Assembly (NCBI RefSeq): GCF_006345805.1
Contig: NC_043004.1
Coordinates: 97,154,001 to 97,218,000 of the forward strand
DNA length: 64,000 nt
Direction of reading: 5' to 3'
Source of the DNA: Octopus sinensis
Taxonomy: Eukaryota
Part shown: piece by piece, positions 39,546 to 52,420 of the stretch
Position numbering within the stretch: position 1 is the first letter of the stretch
Layout: every line of letters starts with the position of its first letter
Notes under the pieces: generated by a model
Database searches by the model: none
What the model was told of the DNA's origin: nothing
The model's input: the letters and a program-made list of their open reading frames with translations, nothing else
Translations under genes and position numbers: made by a program

Positions 39546-40213
39546 AGTTCCAGTAAAGCATTAATTCCTTCAACGCACAAATAGCATTAGCACAAAGTTA
39601 AAGTTTACTATTTCTGCACAAATTCACTTCTATCATTATACAGACAAATGTAAAATATATATCCACTCAAATCCAACCATAAGTGCCAAACTGCCTTCCT
39701 CGAAATCATTCAACTTGTCTGTTCAAAGAAACATATCTTTCCAAAGCAATGTACATATTGGACATCAATTGCACCACCACCACGTACCCAGAGAAACTGC
39801 ACTGGGTTCACTGCAAAAAAATTCAAAGGCCATTACAATCAATATCTCTACGTAGTTAGGTCTAGGAACAAAGAAAACTATATCATTCTCTCATAGGAAT
39901 GTTCTTGGATTATTGCTGACGTAGATACTCCATATTATAATAGATTACGTAAACCAACAGCGTCTCTTAGAAGAACAGTTTCAGATACTGAAACAACCGT
40001 AATAACTCTTAAAACGAAGTCCGAGTTACATGTAACTGCTGTTATATTTAATGATTTTTTTTTTTTTAACTATAAGTAAGGGTATCTGAGAGATACCACC
40101 ATGCCGAAATAGCACTCAAGACCCCGACTCCAAAACCACCTTAAATGTTTATATCGCGCCATGATATAAGACAGAGAGACAAAATAAACTAGCAAAAAAG
40201 ATTTTACTGGATA

Positions 40214-40272
40214 ATTCAAGATCCCAGATTTCTGGCTTTGCTTCCAATAAGCTCCGCCTTCGTCAGTTGAAT
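40214..40272 (-). ncRNA. Type I hammerhead ribozyme motif
   Basis: Minus strand: AUUCAA-CUGACGA-A-GGC(GGAGCUUAUUGGAAGCAAA)GCC-A-GAAA-UC(UGG)GA-UC-UUGAAU. 6-bp stem I, intact core, AUC cleavage triplet. Confidence 0.75.
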
Positions 40273-40293
40273 ATACCAGATGGGTACATAAAT

Positions 40294-40361
<68 letters not shown>

Positions 40362-40365
40362 ATAT

Positions 40366-42343
40366 ATATATAAGAAAATAGTAAAGTGTGAAAAAACGAC
40401 AGAAGGCTTAAATGTTAAAAAATATATATTTTTGTCAAAATGTCTGGAGAATATTGGAAAAATTTTTTTTCCTTTCCTTAAAATGACATAATTTTAAAAT
40501 TTTTAAAGAAATTACCGGTTTCGCGTGTAGCTTTTCAAATTTCTTGTGACGTTATGTTTATATTGCATGGAATTATCGTTGTTTTTATTTCCAGGAGATT
40601 TCTAAATAAGGGGAGGTAGTGAGTGATTTTTTCCGGTGTAGGGGAGATAATCGCTTAAAAAATTTTTTTTCCATTTCCTTGTTAATTTCTCTGTGTCAGT
40701 ATGTTCGGATGGTTGAGTCTGGGGGTTTGTACTTTTCAATGAAGAATGTTTCCTTGTTCAGTCTCATTTGTGTTGATGATCCGAAAGCACATTGGTAAAA
40801 TGGGAAGATTAAAAATTGTGGCAGTAGTTGCTTTGCGCATTTCTCAATGTGCTCACTAAAAGGTATCATTCTATATTCTGGGAATGCAATCTGTTGTCGA
40901 GCAGTGTGCATCTGCGCCTGAGTGATAGTCCCGTGGAACCCACGTAGTCTTGGTGCAGCAGCCCGAGCATTTAATAACATAAATTATGTTTTCAGAGGCA
41001 CAAGTAAAGTAGATTTGATCTTAAATTTCTGTCCCTCTTTAAAGAGGAATTCTGATCCTTCCAATAGGTTAGGACATGTTGCACAGTTCGATCTACCACA
41101 TTTTTTTACTTTTGCATCCGTAATTTTAGAAGACAATTTTGCCTTTGTGAGAATTTTTTTAAGTGATTTAGGCTGTTTGTAGCTTTTAATGATTTGGTGT
41201 ATGTTTAGAATTTCCTTTAATTTTGGGTTTTTATGAAGTATTGGTAAATTCTGGGTGATGATGGTGAGAAGGCTTCTTTGTTTCTGGGGTTGTATGTAGA
41301 TATGTAAGGTAGTATTTTCGGGGAAGGTGTGTGTTGTGTTGAACTTTCTTAAAGTTTCTATGTTGATTTCTGTTGCACGTCTGATTCCATCCTCTATGAG
41401 TTGAGCTGGGTAATGTCTGTCAATTAGGGTGTTTTTGAGTTCTTGCAGTCTACAGTTCCTGGTATTTTGTTCTGACACTATTGTGCATATCCTTCTTGCA
41501 AGGTTGAAGGGGATGTTTGTTTAGTGTGTCTTGGGTGGCATGAATTAAAAAAGAAGTATTGTTTGGCGTCTGTGGCTTTGTAAAAAATGTCTGTTTCTAT
41601 TTTAAGGTTAATTTTTTTATTAGTATATCCAAGAACGGGAGCTCCTTTTGGTTGTATTCCATTGTGAACTGTATATTGGGTTTATGTGTTCAATAGGTTT
41701 TTAAATTTTAGGAGTTTATCTATGTTTTCATTCCAGAGAATGAAACAATCGTCTAGGAATCGTTCCAATTCTCTTTTATGTATTGAGAGAGGGAGTTTCC
41801 AAAGATTGATAGAGATTCCTGGTAAATGATTATTTCCATGTATCCCATTGTTAAGTTCGCAATGACTGGTGCTGCCCTTGTACCCATAGCAATTCCGGAT
41901 TTTTGACGGTAAAATGTATTGTCAAACATGAAGTGGTTATTGTGTAGGATGAATTCAATGATTTAGTAATGAATTCTTTACTGATCCTTTTTGGTATTTC
42001 TTCCGGAAATTGGTCTAACCAGAATTGTATTGCCTCCGGTCCATAATTATGAGGTATACTGGTTATACAAGTTGACTACATCAAATGAAACCAGGATTGT
42101 TTCTTCCTTGGTTTTTTTTGGAAGGTGGTTTAACATATCTAAGTCATCTCTGATATGGCTATCGATATGTTTAAGGAAGGGTTTCAAGAGGATGTCCATA
42201 AGTAGACTTAGTCTGTGTTTCACAGGTTGGGCCAGCTACAAGGGTCGTAGTTTTAGGTCCCCCGGATTAGGTGTGTGTATGTATGTCTTTGGTGATTTTT
42301 TAATGGTTTCATTTATAATTTGACTTTTATGAATTTTTGGCAG
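40366..42343 (-). mobile_element. Penelope-like retroelement, 5'-truncated (RT, linker, GIY-YIG, 3' UTR)
   Basis: Minus frames give LPKIHK..LRPLVAGP, TILVSFDVVNLY, GIAMGT, RFLDDCF, PFNLARRICTIVS and KCGRSNCATC. Several frameshifts. Confidence 0.95.
40506..40545 (-). ncRNA. Minimal hammerhead ribozyme with U3:A8 core variant (PLE 3' UTR)
   Basis: AAGAAAU-UUGAAAA-GC(UACAC)GC-GAAA-CCGG-UA-AUUUCUU. 7-bp perfect stem I, palindromic tetraloop, GUA triplet. Confidence 0.75.
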
Positions 42344-43248
42344 AAGAAGCCTTCACCATCATCACCCAGAATTTACCAATACTTCATAAAAACCCAAAAT
42401 TAAAGGAAATTCTAAACATACACCAAATCATTAAAAGCTACAACAGCCTAAATCACTTAAAAAGATTCTCACAAAGGCAAAATGGTCTTCTAAAATTACG
42501 GATGCAAAAGTAAAAAAATGTGGTAGATCGAACTGTGCAACATGTCCTAACCTACTGAAGGATCAGAATTCCTCTTTAAAGAGGGACAAAATTTAAGATC
42601 AAATCTAACTTTACTTGTGCCTCTGAAAACATAATTTATGTTTTAATGCTCGGGCTGCCACCAAGACTACGTGGGTTCCACGGACTATCACTCAGGCGCA
42701 GATGCACACTGCATCGACAACAGATTGCATTCCCAGAATATAGAATGATACCTTTAATGAGGCACATTGAGAAATGCGCAAAGCAACTACTGCCACAATT
42801 TTTAATCTTCCCATTTTACCAATGTGCTTTCGGATCATCAACACAAATGAGACTGAACAAGGAAACATTCTTCATTGAAAAGTACAAACCCAGACTCAAC
42901 CATCCGAACATACTGACACAGAGAAATTAACAAGGAAATGGAAAAAAAATTTTTTAAGCGATTATCTCCCCTACACCGGAAAAAATCACTCACTACCTCC
43001 CCTTATTTAGAAATCTCCTGGAAATAAAAACAACGATAATTCCATGCAATATAAACATAACGTCACAAGAATTTGAAAAGCTACACGCGAAACCGGTAAT
43101 TTCTTAAAATTTTAAAATTATGTCATTTTTAAAGAAAGGAAAAAAAATTTTTCCAATATTCTCCAGACATTTTGACACAAATATATATATTTTTTAACAT
43201 TTAAGCCTTCTGTCGTTTTTTCACACACTTTACTATTTTCTTATATAT
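42344..43248 (+). mobile_element. Inverted copy of the PLE 3' part (pseudo-LTR-like)
   Basis: Reverse complement of 40366-41278. Differences are mostly 1-2 bp indels. Confidence 0.95.
43067..43105 (+). ncRNA. Second copy of the U3:A8 minimal hammerhead
   Basis: AAGAAU-UUGAAAA-GC(UACAC)GC-GAAA-CCGG-UA-AUUUCUU, one A shorter in stem I. Confidence 0.7.
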
Positions 43249-43694
43249 TCACCCACGTGCTTTCCAAACAAACTTTCTTATCTATATATATATATATAAT
43301 ATATATATATACAGAACATACGTTATACTTACATATACGAACGTCCATACATACATATATATGCGCGTATGTACAAGACCAGTCCAAATTGCCCATGTAT
43401 ATGTATATATATATATACATATATAAATATATATATAAACACTCTATATCTATATATATGTGTATATGTATATGAGTATATATATATATATATAAAATAA
43501 ATATACATACCTACATACACACACACATACACACACATATATAAAGTACACATACATGTTTGTGTGTGTGCTGTGTGTGTGTGCGCACGCAAACGTGTGT
43601 GCGTGTATTTAGCATTTAAGATAGATTACAATACAAACACTAGGTCTATAAGCACGCAAACACACGAATTATATATATATAGTACATATATAAA

Positions 43695-43728
<34 letters not shown>

Positions 43729-45046
43729 CATATATATATACATACATACATATATATATATATATATTATATATATACATATATATATATATATATAATC
43801 TATATATATATATAAAGTACACATACATATATATAAATATATATATATATACATATATATACATACATACATAACAAACACACACACATATACAGGGAGA
43901 AAGAAAGAGAGAGGGAAACAGACAGAAGTATGCATTTCTGTTAGTCATGTTTTCTCATCTGTGAAGAAAATACAAGCCTGCTGAGAGAAATCTGAAATAA
44001 ATCAGAAAATTGTGTGTTTTTATTTAACATATTCTAACTTTTTTGATTCTTATCTTCTCTTACTTTTTTTAGCACTTCCATGATATTGGTGATTTTTGTC
44101 TACTGTTGATCCTTTCTAGTTGGACATTGTGTCTCCTGTGTATTCCTTATTGTTGGCCAATGTCTTGCTCCAAAAAAGCACTTTGGTCTGTTAATAACTT
44201 TCATTTGGATGCAATAAGCCATTCAGCATTATCTGAGGCGTTCACTAACTTCTCTCACAACACCACAAACAAAATACAAAGATACAAGCATAAACACCCA
44301 CATAGTTAAATGTAAAAGAAATCCCCAACATCTCAACAAAAGGTGTATAAGGTGAGTTGTTTAACTGTTTAATCAGTCAATATTAGAAATTGAAAATGAG
44401 AAAGAAAACAAAATTGAAAAATAAAAAAAAATAATAAACGAATGAATAAATAAATAAATAAATACATTCAAATCAAATGCCAGAAATCAGTGAAAATACT
44501 CTCAATAATAATAATAATTTTCTTCTGTTGGTGGTGGTGGTGGTAGTCATGAGGATGATGACTTGCAATAAGACTGAAGGAATAAAAAATGCAAGAACTG
44601 ACAAGGTGATAATGTCTTCAACTTCAGTATGTTAAGAAGAAGAATTAAGAAAGAATGTAATAATGGCAATGATGAAAATAATAATAAAGATTACAAGGAC
44701 AATAAAGAAAATAATAATGATTTCTTTTATTGACTACAAAGATCCAATATTTTGAGAACAATACGAGGACAAAATGCACAAACTGTGTAGCACTTACACT
44801 GAATAATAAAAAATTAAAATCAACTGTAATAAGGCAGCAAATTGATAGAACTTTTAGAGAAATAATTCAAATCAGATACCCTGTGTGTCTTGCTATTTTA
44901 GTTCAAATCCTTTTGTAATAAATATTACCTTTCAATCTGTCAGGGTTCTTAAATAAAGTACCAGTTCCTATTGAAGGGTTTGCTGAATTGCCCAAGTATT
45001 AGATGAGCGAGATCTTTGTGTTCTTTATTCGAACTTTATGTGCTTT

Positions 45047-45460
45047 GAAGGCACGTAGCTTAGTAGTTGGGGTATTCGGATCACAATCGTAAGGTCATGT
45101 GTTCGATTCACGGCGACGCAACGTGTCGTTAAGCAAGACACTTTATTTCACGGTGCTCCAGCGTGCTCAGCAGGCAGAAATAAGTAATATCTGTATTTTA
45201 AAAGGCCAACTATGTCATATCCTGTGTCACGCTGAATGTGCCGCTAAGAGTTTTGTCCAGCACGGTAATGTTTCTTCGAGCTCGCAGCTTTAACAAGGAT
45301 AATAATCCTTTTTTGCTATAGACATTAGGCTCCTTGAGAACTACGTTAAGGGTACGCGTATCTGTGGAGTGCTCGGCCATTTGCACATTTAATTTTGCGA
45401 GCAGGCTGCTCCGTTGATCGGATCAACTGGAACCCTCGTCGTCGTAACCGATGGAGTACT
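45047..45460 (+). mobile_element. SINE family C with a nested antisense SINE-D fragment (about 45240-45335)
   Basis: Colinear with 39229-39545 apart from the insert, which resembles a SINE-D head and tail in minus orientation. Confidence 0.8.
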
Positions 45461-45719
45461 AGTGTGTGCTTTGTATTCAACATCCCATCAAGACTACCAA
45501 AAAGCGAAGTATTTTATTTCTGGTGAAAATAAAAGCGAAATATACGAATCTCAAAAGAGATTATTTTCTCACTGAGTAAGGATAACCCAATGTTACTGAG
45601 TACAATGTTACTAGATATTGACGTTGATGATGACAAGAATAAAAAGCAAGAACTAAGAAACAACAATAGCAATGAGAACAATGACAGCAACAACAACGAT
45701 GCAGACAATAATACAAATT

Positions 45720-47438
45720 GTGGTTTCAAATCTTGGCACAAGGCCACCAATTTAACGGGGAGAAGTAAATCAATTACATCGACCCCAGTGCGTAACTGGT
45801 ACTTATTTTATCTATGCTGAAAGGATGAAAGACAAAGTTGCCCTCGGCAGTATTTGAACTCAGAAGGTAATGGCGGAGGAAATGCTTCTAAATGATTTTA
45901 AAGTTTGGTACAAATCCAGCAGTTTTAGGGGTGGATAGTTGATTACATCAACATCAATGTACAACTGGTAGATGTCTTATCGACCCTGAAAGGATAAAAA
46001 GACAAATTCAGTTACGGTGAAATTTGAGCTCAAAATGTAAAGAGGCAGAAGAAATGTTGATAACATGCGATTCTACAAGTTCATCACTTAACAATAACAA
46101 TAAGAAGAATAATGGTATTAATGGCAATTATAATTTTTCCCATTGGTTCTGTAGCAGGCTTCAGCTTTGCAAAGGACGGGTAAAGTTTATTAAATTAACC
46201 CCACTATATATTTGTTGATTTTTGTTACCTGCTGTCGTCTATTTATTCTCTGTACATCTAGCCAACTACATCTGGTAAAAATTCTCAGCCTCAAACAAAT
46301 AGCAGTAGTAGTGGTGGTGATAGTAATAGTAGTAGTTACAGAGATAAATTTCTATTATAGGCACTTGACCAGTCGTTTTCGGGGGAGCGGGAGATCGGTT
46401 ATATTGTCCCCAGTACTTGACTCCAACTTATTTCATTGATCCTAAAAAGATGAAACGCAAAGTCGATCTAGGCGGAATTTGAACTAGAACTTAAAACCAG
46501 AAGATATGCCGATTAGCTCTTTGTCCAATGTGATAATGATTCCGCCTGCTTGACGCCTGAACAATAATGGTAATAATTCTTTTTACTTAAAGCATAAGGC
46601 CTGAAATTAGTGGGGAACGGAATAATCGATTATATCGACCCCAGTGTTTCACTGGTACTTGATTCAGCGGCTCTGAAAGGATGAACGGCATAGTCGACCT
46701 CGGTGGCATTTGAACTCAGAATGTAGCGATAAGCGAAGTATCGCTTAGCATTTCGCTCGGCGTGCTAACGATTCTGCCAGCTCACCTCCTTAACAATAAT
46801 AATAATAATAATAATCCTTTCTACTGGAGGCACAAGGCCTCGAATTTGTGGGATGGAGACCATTCGATTACATTGATCCCAGTGTTTCACTGGCACTTAA
46901 TTAATCGACCCCGAAACGAGGGAAAGCAAATCGACCTTGATGGAATTTGAACTCAGAACGTAAAGATAGACGAAATACCGCTAGGCGTTTCGCCCGGCGT
47001 GCTAACGTTTCTTATTAAAAAAAAAAAATTATTGCCCACAAGGAGCTAAACATAGAGGGGACAAACAAGGGCTTACAAAGGGATTAAGTCAATTACATCG
47101 ACCCCAGTGCATAACTGGTACTTAATTTATCGACCAAGAAAGGATGAAAGGCAAAGTCGACCTCGGCGGAATTTGAACTCAGAACGTAAAGACAGACGAA
47201 ATACCTATTTCTTTACTACCCACAAGGGGCTAAACACAGAGAGGACAAACAAGGACACACAAATGGATTAAGTCGATTATATCGACCCTAGTGCGTAACT
47301 GGTACTTATTTAATCGACCCCGAAAGAATGAAAGGCAAAGTCGACCGCGGCGGGATTTGAACTCAAAACGTAACGGCAGACGAAATACCGCTAAGCATTT
47401 CGCCGGGCGTGCTAACGTTTCTGCCAAGACGCTGCCTT
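45720..47438 (-). mobile_element. Cluster of seven co-oriented SINE-D-related copies
   Basis: Copies at about 45720-45900, 45900-46080, 46355-46560, 46580-46790, 46818-47011, 47030-47205 and 47206-47438, separated by short AAT-rich spacers. Confidence 0.85.
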
Positions 47439-47744
47439 AATAACGATAGTAATTAAAACGAAAATGGTAATAGTAGTCAAAACAATAACAACGTTGGCAT
47501 TGTTAATACTAACTAAACCCGGAAACCTCAAACAGTAGAAAAGTGATTAAAACATTACAAGAAAATGTTTTGAAAATTACAAATTGAAAAGATAAAAACT
47601 GGAAGCTAATAACTGAGAGACTAAAATGAGATAGTAGTGAAGTGTATGAAGCACATTAACCATAAACAAGCTGAAGAAGAACAACAAAGAGAACTGTTAC
47701 AACAGTAACAATGACAAGGGCTATGTAGAGTTAGATTGGGAAAT

Positions 47745-48600
47745 ATATGAAAGAAGTGAAAGAAGAAGAAGAAAAAATCAGAGTGGTAGAAGAAAAGGAA
47801 GAAGAAACGAAGAAGAAGAAGGGGAAGAAGAAGTCAGAGTGGAAGAAGAAAAGGAAGAAGTCAGAGTGGTAGAAGAAAAGGAAGAAGAAGAAGAAGAAGA
47901 AGAAGAAGAAGCGAAGGGGAAGAAGAAGAAGAAGAAGAAGAAGAAGAAGAAGAAGCGAAGAAGAAGAAGAAGAAGAAGAAGAAGAAGAAGAAGCGAATGG
48001 AAGAAGAAGAAGAAAGAAGAAGAAGAAGAAGAAGAAAGAGAAGAAAATGAAGAAGAATAAGTAAGAAGAGGTAGAAGAAGCGAAGGAGAAGAAGAGGCGA
48101 AGAAGAAGCGAAGGAGAAGCGAAGGAGATGCGAAGAAGAGGAAGGAGAAGTAGAGAAGAAGTGAAGAAGATGCGATGAAGGGGAAGAAGAAGCGAAGGAG
48201 AAGGGAAGCGAAGAAGGAGAAGGTGAGGAAGAATCGGAGAAGATGCCAAGAAGAGGAAGAAGAAGCGAAGGGGAAGAAGAAGCGAAGGAGATGCGAAGAA
48301 ACGGAAGAAGAAGCTAAGAAGGGGGAGAAGAAGAAGGGGAAGACAATGAAGGAACGAAAGAAGAGGAAGAAGAAGAAGGAGACAAAGGAGAAGACGAAGA
48401 AAAAGAAGGACAATAATATGAAGGAGTAAAAGGAGTCGAAGAAGGAGAGAAATAAGAAAAAGAAAAAGGTGAGGAGAAATAAGGAGAAATTGAAGATGGA
48501 GGTAGTATCAGGAATCGATATGACAGTGAAACACAACGACGACGACGACGACGATGATGATGATGATGATGATGACAGTAACAAATACAAGAAGGTGATG
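47745..48600. repeat. (GAA)n-derived polypurine tract ending in (GAC)/(GAT)n
   Basis: The plus strand is almost all A/G for about 750 bp. It explains the poly-K/E/R and poly-S/F/L ORFs. Confidence 0.95.
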
Positions 48601-48730
48601 AATATACCCAGAAGTTTAATTTAAAATCCGAGCCAGAATATTGCTTGAGAGTTGAAAACATGTCAGCAAGAGTATTTATTGACTAATAAGAACTGGTGGC
48701 AGTGTGTTGTATAAATATGATTGTGTAGCT

Positions 48731-48767
<37 letters not shown>

Positions 48768-49278
48768 CATACATACATACATACATACATACATACATAC
48801 ATACATACATACATACATACATACATGCATACATATATGCATACATAGACAGATACACTTACACATGCATACACACACAGCGCTTGCATATGTATACGTA
48901 TATATATATGTGTGTGTATTTGGTATATATGTGTGCTGTGTGAGTATTATTTGTTGTATTGTATAGTATTGTTGTAAGTTATTCATGGAAAACGTACATC
49001 ACAGCTTATTAAAATTTAAGTTTGTAAATCTTCACTCTTTCAATATAAAACGTATAATAAAATTGTATTATATGAAGTCTAATCTCGCTCATTCTCTACT
49101 GCACTATTGACCTGTTGCCCACCTCTTTCTCTTACACAATATACACACGTTATATATTTATATATATATATATATATATAATATATATATATATATATGT
49201 ATGTACACACACATATATATATATATTACTAGTAGGCCAATCCCTGCTGGTATCGAAAATCTGAAGCAAAATGATGAT

Positions 49279-49311
<33 letters not shown>

Positions 49312-50316
49312 GAAGTGAGGGGGAGAGAGAGAGAAAGAGAGTGTTGGTAGCTTAGTGGTTAAGCTGCTTCATTATGACACAAAGCTGTACCCTATTCTAC
49401 ATATGTCATAGGAAGTCTAACTCCTCATACCGATAAATCTCTATCGTCTGTCCGGTAGTTATTGATAATTCTCAAATCTTCTTCCTCACATACTTAAACC
49501 ATCACCTCTACTAAATAATGGCAACAACAGCAACAGCATCAACAACAACAGCACCAACCTCAACAACAACAATAATAATAATAATCACGAAAACCGGATT
49601 GTAATATTTTATTGGATACAAGAGCTTCACAAAATATTCAGGACTAGACAAAGACAAAGGACAGTAGGATTTCATAAAAGCATGTTAACAGCGGTGGTGC
49701 CCCAGCATGGCCGCTAAAAAATTTTTAAGGATTTAAGGAATTAACCAGAAAATTTTAACAACAAAATTCCCCAATTGGGAGAAACACCATCTAGAGGGAA
49801 ATAGAGGAACACCAAAGAACCCGACTCACGTGGCTCATCTAAGGGTCGACGGCAAGTCCTCGTTTCTCCTCCATATTTATGCCTGTAAATCCATTTCTCA
49901 AAGAAGTTCTATTTACTCCGGCCATTTTCACTATGCTCAGCCTAGGTTTTCACTAATTTACTGGGGGCAGTACCTGCAGCTCCACCCACGCTTTCCATTC
50001 CGAGTTGATATTAAAATGTCGATGAATGCCTGGTTTAACAAGAAAAAGTCTACTCTCAGTCAGTACTTTCAGCCGCGTTCACAATGTAATCTCCTTCACC
50101 ATCGCCACCAGATAAATCAGAAATTGTCTACTTTGTCCCAGCCAAACGATTTTCACAATGAAGTCGGCTGATAGCTCCTTTTCAGTGCAATGTTTTTACT
50201 GGGTTTGTTTTGTTGATGTAGCGTTTTTGCTGATGCCATGTTTTGATGATATTGTGTGCTTGCAGATGCTGCACTTGTTTATATTTTGTTTTTGTAGAGA
50301 TGGGTATTGGTGGTAT

Positions 50317-50758
50317 TACTCTCTTTACTCTTTTCTCTCTTTTACTTGTTTCAGTCATTTGACTGCGGCCATGCTGGAGCACCGCCTTTAGTCGAGCAAA
50401 TCAACCCTGGGACTTATTCTTTGGAAGCCCAGTACTTATTCTATCGGTCTCTTTTGCCGAACCGCTAAGTGACGGGGACGTAAACACACCAGCATCGGTT
50501 GTCAAGCAATGCTAGGGGGACAAACACAGACACACAAACACACACACGCATACTATATATATATATATATATATATATACGTACATACATATATACGACA
50601 GGCTTCTTTCAGTTTCTGTCTACCAAATCCACTCACAAGGCATTGGTTGGCCCGGGGCTATAGCAGAAGACACTTGCCCAAGATGACATGCAGTGTGACT
50701 GAACCCGGAACCATGTGGTTGGTTAGCAAGCTACTTACCACACAGCCACTCCTGCGCC
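50317..50758 (-). mobile_element. SINE family A, full length
   Basis: Same head, body and tail. Confidence 0.9.
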
Positions 50759-50899
50759 TAGTATTAGTGGAGGAATTGTTATGAGCCTGTATGTGTTTGG
50801 TGATTCTGACTTGATCGAGTTGTTATTATAAAGTGTAGCTTTAAAAAAAGTTTATCTTATGTTATCTGTCTGTTGATTTTCTTGTTTGTCTCTACTTCG

Positions 50900-52420
50900 A
50901 TGCGGTTGGAGAAGAGCCATGCTTTCGTGGGTATCCACATGAGAGTTTATGTTAAAACAGAGGGATGCAACTGAGAATAAGAGAGAAGGAATTAGGTTGT
51001 AGATTTTTCTAAGTAGCAGATTTTGGTTCTGCTATTGTAAGATTCACTAATGTTGCTGGTCTTGTTGTCATTGCTACCTTTGGTAGTGGTGCAGTTGTTG
51101 TTGTCACAGTTGCAACTGCAGTACAGTAGATTATGTCACAACCGTTGCATTTGTTAGGATTGTGGTATCGGCAGAAGTGTGGCCTCATCTCTTGTTTTTG
51201 GTGCGGACTGAAATCTCTTGGCCTTGAGTCTGCCCTCAACTGCAACATGCAGCTCTAGTCCATTGGGCAGGATAATTTTCCCAGTTTTTTTATTTTGATC
51301 TAGAGAAAGATATCTGTGGGCTCAAACTGAGGTCAGTTTAGTAAAACCCTGCTGCTGGTAACTTTAATCTGTACTACCTGTTTCATACTTGTGTGGTTGG
51401 CTACTATATCGTTTCTCTTTCTGACTTTTCACGTTAAAAGGGTATTGAAGAACAATCTGCAGGACTAAAAATTATTCTATCAAATGAAGTATGAGCCCAC
51501 AACTAGTGTCTCGTAAAAACATCTTGTACGTAAGCTAGCAAACCGTACAGCTGGTCAAACACTGTAGCCACGAAAACGCCATTGAAACATATTCTTTGGT
51601 CTCGAATTGGAATCAATGACCACAAGTGGTATGACGTAGAGCAAAGAAATGGCCCTAAACCCAAATTTCCTCTCTGTTGGATTTACATCTAGGAGTGTGT
51701 CACCGCCTTCCAATAGAACACAGGCCATAAATCACCAGATGTCTAACTCTCTATCTTAATGTGATATCTACTTCTCCCTAAATACGTTAGGCAATTGGTT
51801 ACTTTGCTGTCGAGAATGGAGAGTATTAAATGCTTCAGCGCCTGGGCGTCAGCCTTATAGTGGATCTCCACGCTCTGAAGCCACTTTCCCTGCATATCTG
51901 CCCTTATTTCTTTGAAGACTCTTTCTACCTGATTGTGCGTTACTGCTTTAGAAGAATGGATTTAGCTGATACACACAGCGATACAAGAACGTCTTCTGGG
52001 CAGTTGTTGCCAAAACCTCACGTGAGATGCTAACATGTGCTCTGCTACAATTCCCTTTCAGATGTTACCCCACCTATGTCAGGCCATCCTTCTTGCCGTT
52101 AACAGAGAGAGAAAGAGAGAGAGAGAGAGAGGGAGAAAGGGAGAGAGGGAGAGGAAAAGAAGAGAACGGCAATTTATTGCCCTTGAAGTCATCAACATCA
52201 ATAACAATTTCTTCGTAGTTCTTGTTGTTGCTGTTGTTATTGTTCCTGTTACTGCTGTTGTTGCCCTAGCAGTTGCTGGTGTAGTTATTATTGCTGTTGT
52301 CCCTTTTGCTGTTGCTGTTGATACTGTGGTTGATTGTATTGGTGTACTCATTGTGAAAAATATTGTCGTTACCAAACTGTTACTGTTGTTGTTGCTCCCG
52401 TGCAAATGTTTTCTATTGTA
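50900..52420 (-). mobile_element. Degenerate LINE ORF1-like relic
   Basis: Minus frames give TFLYRCVYQLNPF, QVERVFKEIRADMQGKWLQSVEIHYKA..TYLGRSRYHIKI and KIILPNGLELHVAVEGR, with Thr-rich linkers. Assignment to L1/Tx1-type ORF1 is from recall. Confidence 0.45.
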
